Source of the DNA: Chrysomallon squamiferum
Taxonomy: Eukaryota > Animalia > Mollusca
Assembly (NCBI GenBank): GCA_012295275.1
Contig: CM022670.1
Coordinates: forward strand, 6,820,001 to 6,884,000
Length of the DNA: 64,000 nucleotides
Direction: 5' to 3'
Made by a program: the position numbers and the translations under genes. This document shows, piece after piece, positions 14,040 to 27,089 of the stretch (its first letter is position 1; each line of letters begins with the position of its first letter). The notes beneath the pieces are model-generated. The model was not told where the DNA came from. It worked only from the letters and a program-made list of their open reading frames with translations, and searched no databases.

Positions 14040-14765
14040 GGTTAGTCTGTTATCAGTAGTCATCAGTATAATATATCAATAGTAGATCAGTAACATGTCA
14101 GTAATATGTCAGTAATATGTCAGTAGTATGTTAACTGTGTATTAGTTATATGTAAGCAATATATCGGTAATATGTTAGTAGTATATCAATAATATATCAG
14201 TAATGTGTCAGTTCTGTATTAGTAATACAGTAGCATGAAAATAATATTTAAGCAGTGTGTCAGATGCATACCAGTAATATGTAAGTAATATGTCGGTAAT
14301 ATATCAGTAACAGTCAGCTCTGCATTAATAATATTTCATTATAATGTTAGTCTTATGTCAATAATAATATGTGTCAGAAGCATATCAAAAACATGTCAGT
14401 AGTATGTCAGTAATATGTCAGTAGTATATCAGTAATATGTCAGTACTATATCAGTAATATGTCAGTAGTATGTCAGTAATATGTCAGTAGTATGTCAGTA
14501 ATATGTCAGTAGTATGTCAGTAATATGTCAGTAGTATATCAGTAATATGTCAGTAGTATGTCAGTAATATGTCAGTAATATGTTAGTAGCATGTCAGTAA
14601 TATGTCAGTAGTATATCAGTAATATGTCAGTAGTATGTCAGTAATATATCATCAGTTAGTGTCATTAGATTTTATTTATATCGATAATATGTCAGGAGGG
14701 TTTAAACAGTGTGCCAGTAGAGCATGTCAGTAATATATTAGTTCTATTCAGTAAATGTCAGTAAT
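14040..14765. repeat. 11-bp minisatellite GTCAGTA(A/G)TAT with a homogeneous core at about 14395-14650 and degenerate flanks
   Basis: Alternating GTCAGTAATAT / GTCAGTAGTAT units give a 22-bp higher-order period. Confidence 0.92.
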
Positions 14766-15870
14766 GTTCCCGTGTGCTTTTCAGAAATTACCCTTCAGAA
14801 TATAAAATAATTTAAAATAAAATAAATATAATAAAATAAATTTCAATGCCATACTCTTTTATTACTTTTTCTCTGTCTTTTTTTCTTCTTCTTCTTCTAC
14901 TTTTTTCTTAATTTTATTTATTTATTTATATTTATTTATTTTATTTTATTTTATTTTCAAAATTTAATGTCCTTTCTCCATTTCGTTTCTTTTCTTTTTC
15001 CTGCCCATTATTTTGCTACGTTGCTTTTTCTTTGATTATAACTTGAATAAATTGCCTGGGGGAAATGTATTTGATATCCCCATAAAACACAGACGAGTGT
15101 AATTAAAACGAATGATACAAGGGACATTTTGCAAAGCACAGTTAGCCTGTCTTGGAATACTGAACGTTACATTTTGCATTTTATTGCACCCAATAGAGAA
15201 AGGTTTAGAAGTGAAACAGTCTCCAAATCAACTTTGTATCGTGTTAAATCTAATTTACCAAGAGTAATAATATTTTTTTTTCCTTTCGAAACAACATTAT
15301 TTTCTCAGTGTTACCTTGTTTTCGAATCTGAGGCAGTTCTCTTTCTTGCTGGCTTTAATTAGCATAAATATGCGGTGTCACGTTTTTGTCGACAATAAAT
15401 AATTATGACGTCACTGCGTTACGTTGACAAATCTCCCTCCAGACCAAGGTGTTTCCGGGAATTGCATTAGTCTGCCAGTTTCCAGCACCAATAAAGAATG
15501 CGCTCAAGGGAAAAAACTCGTGCCGACCTAATTGGCGAACACAGCGTTGCAGCACGGCTGGGGATTTTGTCTAATTTTTCACATTAGTTGAAATATCTGT
15601 GTGAAATCTTAAACGACGGTTCAAGAGCTGCAGTGAAAATTCTGACTCACACTTTTTATGAATAAACGTGCTTATTGGTTTTGTTTAATATTTTTAAGTT
15701 TTAAATTGTAATTTTTATTATTTATTTTATTTTCGTTTTTTATTAATTTTTTTTTTATAGCAAGAAAAGAAAAAAAAAATGGTTCTGCTTATCTAAGGGG
15801 CATAACTCCATTATACGTTCCTCTGTTTTCTCTTTTATTGTTATTATTATTGTTATTGTTATTGTTAATC

Positions 15871-15930
<60 letters not shown>

Positions 15931-16347
15931 ACATTTTATGAAGCAAGAACGAAATCTTTTCCGTTTTGTAATAATATTTATCACAAAGAATAATAACTAG
16001 CAAAATGAAAGGATTAAAAAATAAATAAATAAAAAATACAAAATACTAGTGAAGAAGAAAAAAACAACAACAAAAGAACAAAAAAGAAAGAACGACAATA
16101 CCAACAACAACTAATAAAACAAACAAACAAACAAACAATAAATAAATAATTTTTTTTTATAATAAAAACAAAAACAACAACGACAAACACACAAACAAAC
16201 AAAAAATCCACATAAAATGAAACCCTTTTCGAATTTCTCTGTATTAAAAATAGAAAGATCGCGAGCAGTGTTTTTGTATCAAAAGTAGATAACTTTTTCT
16301 CTTCTTCGAGATTTGGTATCATGTTATAAATATAATAATAATAATAA

Positions 16348-16378
<31 letters not shown>

Positions 16379-16515
16379 AAGAAGAAAAAGAAGAAAAGAA
16401 AAGAGGAAAGCTATTACACATTATTATCATTATCATCATCAACATCATCGTAACCATCATCATCATCATTATTATTATTTCTATTCTGTTGTTTACAAAT
16501 GGTCAGGCTTAACTG

Positions 16516-16594
16516 TGACGTCAGATGACGTCAGTGCAATTATCACAAGAAGACGTCGGATTGGAAAGAAAGAAGTTTATTTACAAAGGTAAGT
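16516..16594 (+). promoter_or_regulatory. Tandem CRE sites followed by ATTGG and a consensus 5' splice site
   Basis: TGACGTCA at 16516-16523 and 16526-16533, GACGTC and ATTGG just downstream, and AAG|GTAAGT with the GT at 16589. Confidence 0.45.
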
Positions 16595-16923
16595 AAACAG
16601 ATCTACTCACAACAGTTATGTTAATTACATTTCCACGTTTCGACAAACTTCAGAAATACACAAATACAGACAAGAAGCAACAATTTGATATCGATAAAGT
16701 TGTCTTTGTTTCATATCACATTTCACTGTATTATATCTGTTTATTTTCTTTGATTTAAATTGTTATTGTTTCTGTTGTTGTTGTTGTTTTAATATTATTA
16801 TTGTTGTTGTTGTTGCTATTATTATTATGACCACTATTATTGTCGTTTTTGTTGCTGTTCTTAATTTCTTGTTTTCTTCTTGTTGCTATGGTTATTTTTC
16901 TTATTTATTATTATGATTTTTAT

Positions 16924-17012
<89 letters not shown>

Positions 17013-17049
17013 TTGCCCTTCTGATACTGACCTACTTATATTAAATAAA

Positions 17050-17765
17050 ATACACCAACAGTACTACTGCTACAGGTGCTATCAGTAACAACAACTACCT
17101 CAGCATCTATAACTGATTCTTCGTCTTCTTTTTCTGCTGTTACTGATACTAGCATTATAATCACTACTATTACTACGACAGTTACAATTACAACAGCTAC
17201 AACAACAACAACTACTACTAATGCTGTTGCTTTTATTACTACAACTTCTAATTATTATTGTTACTCCCAGTCTTTTATACTATTACTGCTGATGTTAGTA
17301 TTACTACTACTAATGACGATAATACTTCTATCACCACCACCACCACCACTACTACTACTACTACTGCTGCTACAACCACTACTACCACTATTATTACTGT
17401 TACAACTACTGTTACCACTACTACTACTAAAACTACTACTTTTGCTATTGCTGATAATAAATTTGCATCTGCAACTACAACAACTAGTACTGGTACCGCC
17501 ACCATCACCACCACTACTTCTACGTTCACTACTACAACAACTTCCACCGTCACAACCACAATTATTCCTATACACTACTATAACTGCTTCTTCCGCCGTC
17601 ACTACTACAACTATTTCTAACGTCACAACTTCTACTACCGTTTCTGCTACAACTACTTCGTCTTCTACTACTACTACTAAGCTTCAACAACTAAACTTAC
17701 ACCATTTCTCTACTACCATCATCCACCATAATTTTTGTACTACATTTCTACTTCCATGACTACTA
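17050..17765. repeat. Cryptic trinucleotide (ACT/ACC/ACA) low-complexity tract
   Basis: Mixed triplet repeats produce overlapping poly-Thr, poly-Leu and poly-Ser ORFs in several frames on both strands. Confidence 0.85.
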
Positions 17766-18229
17766 CTTCGATTAATCGTAATTATTAAAATTACGTAAGA
17801 ACGTTTGTTATGCTGCAAGTACTAATATTAATATCTATTAATAAAAAGTTACTTGGTCATTCATTTATCGACTCATTCCTTCATTCATTCTGTCCTTCCT
17901 TCTTTCTTTTCTTCCTTCCATTATTCATTGCTTTGGATATTCGCGTTACTTTCGGCGCGGCTGTTTACTTATTCCTTTTGTATCTAAATGACGCGAAGAT
18001 TAGGTGAGCGGATTATCTGGAGAGATGAAATGATATTATCTGTATCCCTCCCGTTAACTCGCGGATTAATTAATATACACCAGACAGACCAACCGTCTTA
18101 CGGTATTAGTATCAAGTGGGAAGTAATTAATCTCGAGGTAATAAGAAAAATTCGATTGAAACCGGTTTTAATTGCGACAAGATGCGTAATTTTCTACGTT
18201 TATCCTCGAAATTAATTAACCAACAGCAG

Positions 18230-18548
18230 AAGCAGACGTAAGAACCCAGCGCTCGTGCTGTGAGCAGACGATGAGCGATGCATCAGAATGTTGTATAGCC
18301 TACGGTGATTGGTCGATGAAACGAGACCAGTGCTTTCTATTGATCATCCAGCAGCCGGGTTCCAGTCAATCTCAGATTTCGCCAAAATTTCCGCCATCTA
18401 CTGCCTCAATGATGAAGTGTTTAAAAAAAACGACGACGTGCGCATGCGCACCCGTTTTGCGAACACAGTCGTTTGATTTGAGTCTTTTCGAGTGATGTAT
18501 GAGTGTTGTAAGACATGAGCTATAGGTAGAACGCTGGGGATTATCAAC
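18230..18548 (+). promoter_or_regulatory. Proximal promoter / 5'UTR of the GABA-beta gene
   Basis: CpG-rich island directly upstream of the ATG. Contains an inverted CCAAT (ATTGG, 18308-18312), CCGCCATCTAC at 18391-18401 and a perfect NRF-1 palindrome TGCGCATGCGCA at 18439-18450. Confidence 0.65.
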
Positions 18549-18595
18549 ATGGATTTACGTATAACGTTCATAATCCTTACAGTCCGTCTTAGCAG
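18549..18595 (+). CDS. Lcch3: GABA-beta exon 1 (signal peptide MDLRITFIILTVRLS-S)
   Basis: Good Kozak context CAACATGG, hydrophobic core and donor AG|GTAAG. Phase 2 joins exon 2 (AG+T = Ser). It lies directly downstream of a CpG-rich promoter-like island. Confidence 0.8.
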
Positions 18596-19840
18596 GTAAG
18601 GGTATCTGTTGTTGTTGTTGCTGTTGTTGTTGTCGTCGGTCGTCGTTGTAATCGTAGATGTATGTCGCAGTGCTGGAACCAGCCTGCTAAGACGACAGTC
18701 TCGTATTTGTGTAGCACGCTTCTCAATTAGGATCTCGTAAAGCGATCGCGGGTGAAGACAGTCCTAATTTTTCATCCGATCTGCGAGAAAATTAGAAAAC
18801 TGAGATCGTGTTGACCTTACAGTTCCATTCAGTCTCGACTTCGAAATGTCAGAGAAACTGGTAACCTTTTAAACGTCACCTGCAGTACCTGTCACAGCAG
18901 CGACATCAACAACCACCATTGCCACTGTCATGCCGATGATCATCATGTGAAGAACACCTAAATACAATTTGTAAACTCAGCGTCGTTTTAGTTTTGAAAA
19001 ATTGGGTAAAATGTCATCAAATGTTGTCATTATTGCTGCTGCTTACATTACTATTACTACCAGTACTTGTACTAATACTACTACTAGTACTACTACTACT
19101 ACTATTACTATTACGATTATTACTACTGCTCCTGCTACCACTTCTTCTACTACTACTACAACTGATGTTGATGATGATGATGATTACTATAACAGCCAAT
19201 ACTGCTACAAAATTCACTATTATGGTGCTTATAACTTCAAGTTTTCCTACTGTCATGAAATTATTATCGTATTTGTTTTTAAATCACCCAGTGCTGCGGA
19301 GGGTAGTGGTGTGTACCAGCGACAACAACAACAGCAATAAAAAACAACAACAACAACAACAACAATAATAATAATAAAATATATCATTAAATAAATAAAT
19401 AATGAATAATAATAAAAGAAGAAAAATAAACAGACAATTAAAGAAAAAGAAGGTAAGAAAAAAAAAAGAGGAAGAAAAATACAAAAAGAGAAAAGAAAAG
19501 AAATTCTTGACATTTAAAAAAATCTGCGTTTCGGTACTAAAGCCGCAGAGAAGTTTTTACTACTCTGGTCACCTATTAAACAAATGACGTCTAATTTCTC
19601 CCAACTTCATTTTTATTTTCTCTTAATTCCACGCAGTGAGCGACCTTTATGGACGCTTTTAGTCTGTGCTGGAGATTGAAAGGCCAAATTAATTAAAATT
19701 TAATTCAATTCCTGCGTCTGTACAACACTGGAATGGTTCATAACGTGCGCCTTTAGCCAGTAACAGATGTGAGAACGGAAATAATTAAAATATAATTTAA
19801 TTCTTGCCGCTCTGTTTACATCAAAAGGAAGAGGTTAAAA

Positions 19841-19932
19841 AAAGAGTTTCATTTAGCGACGTACTCAATATAGTTTTAATGTATGGTTATAAGGCGACAT
19901 GCTATTGTGTGTGTATATGTGTGTGTGTATAT

Positions 19933-19963
<31 letters not shown>

Positions 19964-20122
19964 AACCTGTAATTAGGGGACAAACTCGCTGTCGTCATGT
20001 CATGGGCTACTATTTTTTGTCTGACAGCAAAGAATCTTTTTTTTTTTTTTTTTTTTTGTTAAGCATTGTCTAAACGAAAAGCATATTCCAGAAGTATAAT
20101 TGGAACGGGAAATAGCCCAGGA
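19841..20122 (-). mobile_element. Decayed SINE-like copy interrupted by microsatellites
   Basis: Blocks TTTAGCGACGTACTCAA, AAACTCGCTGTCG, CATGGGCTAC and TTGGAACGGGAAATAGCCCA occur in an order consistent with the other copies. Confidence 0.55.
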
Positions 20123-20559
20123 GAAGCACTTATAATTTCAGCGAATTTCTTTCCTTATCTGTGTAGTCTGTATCCAGTGTATGACGTCATATAGTTGTTG
20201 AACATTTTGATAAATAAAAGTTTTTGTTATTTCTTAAATCTTTAAATGTAACATATTTTATTTACCTACCATGAGAAAATAACCCATCTTTGTGATTTGT
20301 TTTTAACTCGAGCGAGCCATTGTTGGAGACACTGATAATTAATGCTGATTATTAATAAATAATAGTACTGTTAATATTATTTGTCAAACACAGACATTTT
20401 TTAGATCGGTTTTGAACGAGGTCGTATTCTCGTGCACTGAAGTGTAATAATGGTTTGCATGTAAACAGCCCAGGTTTGATGTAAGTGAGAGACAAAGCTT
20501 GTAGCATTCGTCATTTCTGTTATTATTATCACGTTTTTCAAATATTAGTTAAATCTCAA

Positions 20560-20740
20560 CAGATGGTTTTCCTTTAACAATGACACGAAAGAGGAAACTC
20601 GCTGCAGCCTCACTTTGATCTACTTTCACTGATTAGCAGTAATGTAATTTTTAGATGCACATTCCCATACACATGAAAACATAGACTTTAGTGCAGGAAT
20701 TGAAGGATAGCAGTTGGAACGGGAAACCATTTAATGGACG
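20560..20740 (-). mobile_element. Decayed SINE-like copy
   Basis: GGAAACTCGCTG at 20593-20604, GATTAGCAG, and TTGGAACGGGAAA at 20714-20726. Confidence 0.55.
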
Positions 20741-21227
20741 GACTGTAGAACTAAACCAGAAATCTTTGTAAAATAAATAAAAGTCTTAGTATTAAATCTC
20801 TGACAGTTTCTGAAATGTTAAATTTATGTCAGTCTTGACGTCTTTCGTTGATCTTTGTGTTGCCAGAAAACTGAATTAATTATTGGTAAAGCTTGGCAAA
20901 CACGATTAATCGTTTCTTTGGCATGATGAAATTGTTTTCGTGATTCAGCGATGTTTAAAACGTGAATTCTGTCAACTTTGTACAGCGGAGTGTTAGCGCG
21001 GCTTCGTCGTTCTGTAGTTTGCTGAGAGAGTGAATGTGATTTCAGCTGATTGCTCTGTTAATTAGCTGGCTGATTTCTAAACCGAATTTCACAAATACCC
21101 TAGAATTATGTTGCATTCGTTATAATAATGTTTCTGCTTTGCTTCAACAATGGTAATGAGGTAAAGTAGTTAATGTAGAAAAAATATTAATACGAAATAT
21201 ATATATATATATATACACACACATACA

Positions 21228-21287
<60 letters not shown>

Positions 21288-21956
21288 TACATACATACAT
21301 ATACATATATATATCAGCCCATTTCTGTACATTAATGATAATTAGGTACTACTTAGGAATCGATATTATAAGGAAAATAACTCACTTTCGTTATCTTTAA
21401 ACACTTACATAAGTGTACTTAGTGTTTTCCCGTAAACAGGCAGCCATTGCTGTTTATACATTAGTCTATTTCATAATGGAAATATGCGCTCTGATTTTGC
21501 TAATCTTCGTTTCTTAGATGAACGTTCAAGTCATTGTACTGAGATAATGTCGGTTGTACTACGTACCTTCCTCCTTTATTTCACCAGAATTTGTTTTTAG
21601 ATCAACTGTAAATAAATGCGCATCAGTGCAACAATATACACAGATATTTAATTATTTTTACAGTAGTAAATATCTACGTACTGATGTATGTGTTAATAAA
21701 TAAATAAACATTACTGCAATAATTAATAGATGTTTTTTGTTAGAATGATAGGTAAAAATATACCTTTTATAATAATAAATATTATAAAATTATTATGCAA
21801 CCGTCAATAATGAATAAATGTTTTTGATTCTCATTAATAATTAAATTCATGTTGCAATAATCTTGCAACACTATTAAATGAATGTGTAATGATGATGATG
21901 ATGATAATGATACATTTTCGTCAACTATTAACTAAACGGTTTGTGTTGTTTTTCAG

Positions 21957-22069
21957 TGCTATTAGTGTGGATGACAAGAGGAACTATACTGAAAAGTTTA
22001 AAAACGTCACAGACACGATACAGGGACTGCTGGACGGGTACGACATCAGACTGCGGCCAAGTTTTGGTG
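21957..22069 (+). CDS. Lcch3: GABA-beta exon 2 (AISVDDKRNYTEKFKNVTDTIQGLLDGYDIRLRPSFG)
   Basis: Acceptor tgttgtttttcag and donor G|GTAAG. Contains the LLxGYDxRLRP N-terminal helix motif and N-glycosylation sequons NYT and NVT. Confidence 0.95.
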
Positions 22070-23616
22070 GTAAGAAACCAGTTGTTGCTGGAATGTTGAA
22101 ATACAGCTGTTGTTAGGCAGATTATAAAAGTGTGTGTTTTTGTGTTTGTGTATCTGTGTGTGTGACTGTGTGCACACACACACAATATATATTCCCATAC
22201 ATTTTTTCTTATAAGCAGAGAATAATCTTTAAGAATAACAAAAAAAAAATATTACTCATAACAAACATACATAAAAATATGAAAATCTCCATTTTCCGTA
22301 TTTCATGCATTACTTGTGACATCCCATCTTATATCTAAAAGAAATCAAAAGTCTGAAAGCCTTGTAAAAAACATTCACACCGAACTTTTGCAATAATTAA
22401 CACGCGAAACAAAAAACAGAATCTACGAACTATTGCAGTCCCGTGTATCACTGTCACACTTTATAAGCAGTAAAGTATAGAACTCTGCGAAACCGTTTAT
22501 AAGGTTTATTTTCTGTCAGTGGTAATTTTGCTGTGTGACAGATGAGGTATCCTAGGGATTCCACAGCAACAAGTGACTTTCTACTTGTAATTTCCCGATA
22601 ACGAGTCAGCGAACCATAGACTCACGGAGCAGCGCATTGAAAGGATTAACGAATATGATCCTGCGACACAGACTAACTACGTATGACAGAGCGTTACAGA
22701 AGACGTCTTCAAGCGCGTTCTTGTTATTTCAGTGCTTATGTCTAGTTAGAAATCTTCGTTAAGAAACGTTTTACTGTTGGCTTTAGGTGTAATGTTTAAT
22801 TAAAACTGAGGTTTTTTAATGTAGTTGGCTTGGACATGCAGTTTTTACCATATTTGTTTTAACCAAAAGTAAGATTCATTGATATTGGTATATCGTTAGA
22901 TGGTCTTTTTTTCTTATGATTTTTTCAGAAATGTTTCTTTATTATTATTATTGTTGTTGTTGTTGTTATTATTATTGTTATTTCCGTTGTTGTTTTTCTT
23001 GTTATTCATATTGCTTATGTTTTTTTCACGTTATTGTTAGTCATTTTTATTAATACTGATGTTTATTGAAAATAATCTTAATAAAATACAATAAAAACGA
23101 CAAAAACAACAACAAGAAAAAAGAAAAAAAGAGAGAACGATAGCAAAATAAAAATAAATATTAACATGAAATTAAACTAAATTATAGCCAAATACGTTAC
23201 TGATCTCGTCACCACGTCTATCATTACATAATTACCCACATAACGACACACAGATGAGCAGACTGTGATTATTATCTGAGGTTTTCCCATTCTCATGAAA
23301 CGCGACGAATGCTGTGAAATAACAAAGGTTATTGCATGTTGTTTTTATTTCGATCAATATCAGCAGTATTAGCACGGTGTTTCGTAAAACACACAGACGT
23401 GATTTCAGAATATCAACTGAGATTCTAAGAAAGAACACTTTTTCTTCGTTGAGGATTTGATACGTCACACACCATCTCTTATCACATACCTGCACAACGA
23501 CTTAATTTTATATAAATTCAGATCGACAACAAAGTATAACGACACCTGTAAAAATAATAATAATAATAAAAAAATTATAATAATAATAATAATAAAAAAG
23601 TAATAATAAAAATAAA

Positions 23617-23877
23617 TATGGTACTACACTACAGTATCTTTATATATGGTACTACAGTATATTTGTACATATTACATTACAGTATCTTTGTACATGGTAC
23701 TACATTGCAGTATCTTTGTACATGGTACTACATTACAGGATGTTTGTACATGGTACCACATTACAGTATCTTTGTACAAGGTACTACATTACACTATCTT
23801 TATACATGATACTACGTTACAGTATCTTTATACATTACAGTGTATATTTGTACAAGGTACTACATTACAGTATCTTT
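23617..23877. repeat. 28-bp minisatellite ATGGTACTACATTACAGTATCTTTGTAC, about 9 copies
   Basis: Directly visible tandem units with substitutions and partial deletions. Confidence 0.9.
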
Positions 23878-26796
23878 AAGCCTTATATTAAACTATCTTC
23901 GTGCCTATTTATTAATGTCGGTATCATTGATACTAAATCACACCATCTGCACGGTACGTCTACTGTTTCTAATAACCAGTATCGTATTGATCCTGTATGA
24001 GGTCTGTTTGATAAAGGACCGAAATCATCCATCAGAACACACAAGATCGTCACAGCGAGCATAATCTATTTAGAACCAGAAAAGCGGAAAATATCGCTGA
24101 CTCCATAGATTACCATCAGTCGCGGTATTTATTAGTAATTAGGTCTCAGAAACGACTTGACTATTTCACACCGAACGCTCGTATAGGAGCTAAAATGGCT
24201 GCACACTTGCATGAGAATTATACGTATTTTCATGACGTGTTGGTTTACCGTTCCTTTATGCGACGCACTTATTTCAAGGAGAGAGGATTTTTACTCAGCA
24301 ATTCCATTAAGGAGATTGTTCCTGAAACAAGGAAAGCATCTCAGAGAGCAGGAACAGACTCGAGACGGCTGATAAATAATAAATCCGAATTCAAGGCAGA
24401 GCGTACCTGCTTGTACGCGAGGGAAAAAAAGACCAACGTGACGTGACAGAGTTAAAAAAAGAACCGACGTAAAGTGCGAAGATCTGATTCATTAAAATGT
24501 AAAATTACTGCAAAGAGAGGACGTCTGGATAAACACAGCAGCGTTCAGTGACTTTCACCGAGACACAGTATTCCACTCTTTTCAGAGTTTATTTGGCTGA
24601 TATATTTAAGTCGTTATGGTTGCAGTTAGGAATTATATTAGAACTGTTAATAGTTAAAACAAAACAGCCTCTGTTCAGTTATATTTAACTAGGTATGATA
24701 GTGTGAAATGTAGCAATAAAATAATTAATAATTATTTCAGTCTGCGAAAGCTGTCACACATTTTATTTTACTGACATTATCATATAATAAAGCATTAACA
24801 TAATATAATTATCATCGTCATCATTATCAGCATCATCACCATCAGTAATAGCATAAAATATATTTGTTTTATTAAATTATAACCAATTAAACAAAAATAA
24901 TTACTTTACGAAAATTTAATATATATATGATAAATATTAGATGGTGAATTAATATTTACGTAGAAATCGTATGAATATGAAAATATCGCATATACATTAT
25001 TCTTTAAGTGTCATACGTCATACATCAAACATATACAGTTGTGATTACTTTTAATTCCGAACCATTTAGGTCAAAATTTACATCTATTTTATTTTTATTT
25101 ATTTTTATTTATAATTTTTTTTTTTTTTTTTTTTTGTTCTCATTTTTACCAACCAAAACGCATTCTTATAATACAAGTAACTGTAATAACTTGAACTAAA
25201 TATGTATGTCCATACTCGTTATATTTTATTCGTCTAAGCTTCAAACTTTATATTTTTGTGTGAAATTGTTAATCATGATAGCATAGCTAGTTAGCTTTCC
25301 ATTCATATATGAAAACCGATAATATTTTTCTTTAAGCCACATATACTGAAAAGTTTGTCATTTTATGTCAGTATGTTTAGTTCCACGAGTTTCTTAAACC
25401 ATTTACTCTTCAACGTTCACGTTTTTCAGACTGTAATAACATGTTTAAGATTCCTATATGTTAATATATTCAACGTGTTTTAGAAAATAAATAAGACTGT
25501 AAAAAACTGACGTGTTTAAGACTACTGACGTATGCTGATTCACAAAGCAATGAATTCTGTACACTTGAACTGTGAAAAGTTGTTACTAGAGAACGACAGT
25601 ACTTGAAAATGATGAAATTTCTCCAGTGTGAACTGAAGATCTCCTCCCATTCGTATCACTGAAACTAACTTACTGACAACGTGATGTTAATGAACAACTT
25701 TGTTATCTAAGAAAAAAAAACGAGAATATAGAGACTTAACAAAGGGTTAAATATGTTTTTGGTTTATTATGAGGTGACCTTAGCAGTAAGAGAAATGGAA
25801 AGTGGAATGTGCTGTTGTTGTTCCTGTTGTTGTTGCCGCCGCTGTTTTGTTGTTGTCTTCATCATGTCCTACTGCTTCTTTTTCTCTGTATTCTTCTTCT
25901 TATGATTCTCATTGTTGTTCTTGTTATAATTAAAGTTATATTTATTACTGTCATTATCACAATCACCATCATCTTCCTCATCATTATTATTGATCTTATT
26001 CTTTTTCTTCAACTTACTTTTATCGTCATCACTAGTCTTATTACTGTTGTTGCTGCTGCTGTCATCATTCTCCAAGGACATAGAAGGAACCTGCATACGA
26101 ATTTGTGACTTAAACAACTTCAGTAAAATAAGAAATCACACTAAAGATCACATTCCATAAATTTAAATTTAATTACCGTTTATTTGCTGTTTCAGTTTTT
26201 TAATATAAAAACCTAAATATGCGCACGGATGTATAATATTTAGGAACCACACAATCCAGAACAGAACCTAACATAATAGATAGACTAGAAAATTTAGTAA
26301 GCAACAAAACAAAAAAAAAAAAAAAATCTGTAAAAAGATATTACAACAATACTTTAAGTGAAAGGCAGATAAAAAAATAAAAACAGCGAATTTAAACCCC
26401 GTCATAGCGCACCGTGCGACTAATTTATTTATTCAACATACGTATCTAATCAAACGGTTTATCGTTTTACTCATCAACAATTGCCTGCCCCTTGTGGAAC
26501 TCTTTGGAGGCGGAAATCAGACTATTTATTTTGCCGCGCAGAGTCTAACGAAATTCGTGAACGTCCACAAGAAAAACACGCGTTTTAGCAATTGTTAACC
26601 ACATCGAGATTGATTTTTCCAGTCACCACTAACTCTGCACTTTGATTCATTTTGTAAGCGGCGAAAGGGTTAACACTTTTTGACCTTCTCTTTCATTCCT
26701 TGTGGTCTGTGTGAAAACCGCCATGTCTGAACTGTTTGTGAACTCACGTTTTGAAAAACCTGCATTGAAACGACTTAATAATAAGATCAAAAGTCA

Positions 26797-26915
<119 letters not shown>

Positions 26916-27089
26916 CATACATATATACATACATGTGTGTGTGTGTGTTTGTGTATACATAGACAGGTAGACATATGGGTAGATATATGAATAGACATAT
27001 AGACAGACAGACAGACAGAGGCAGATAGCCATAGACAGGGAAATAACTAGGTGGACTGAAGCCAGTCAGGCAGAGGGACATATTAAAAT

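Noticed and set aside
17076-17759. 227-aa Thr/Leu-rich ORF resembling a mucin
   Set aside because: Triplet low-complexity DNA gives ORFs in several frames on both strands, and the residue type switches with frame slips. No credible gene structure.
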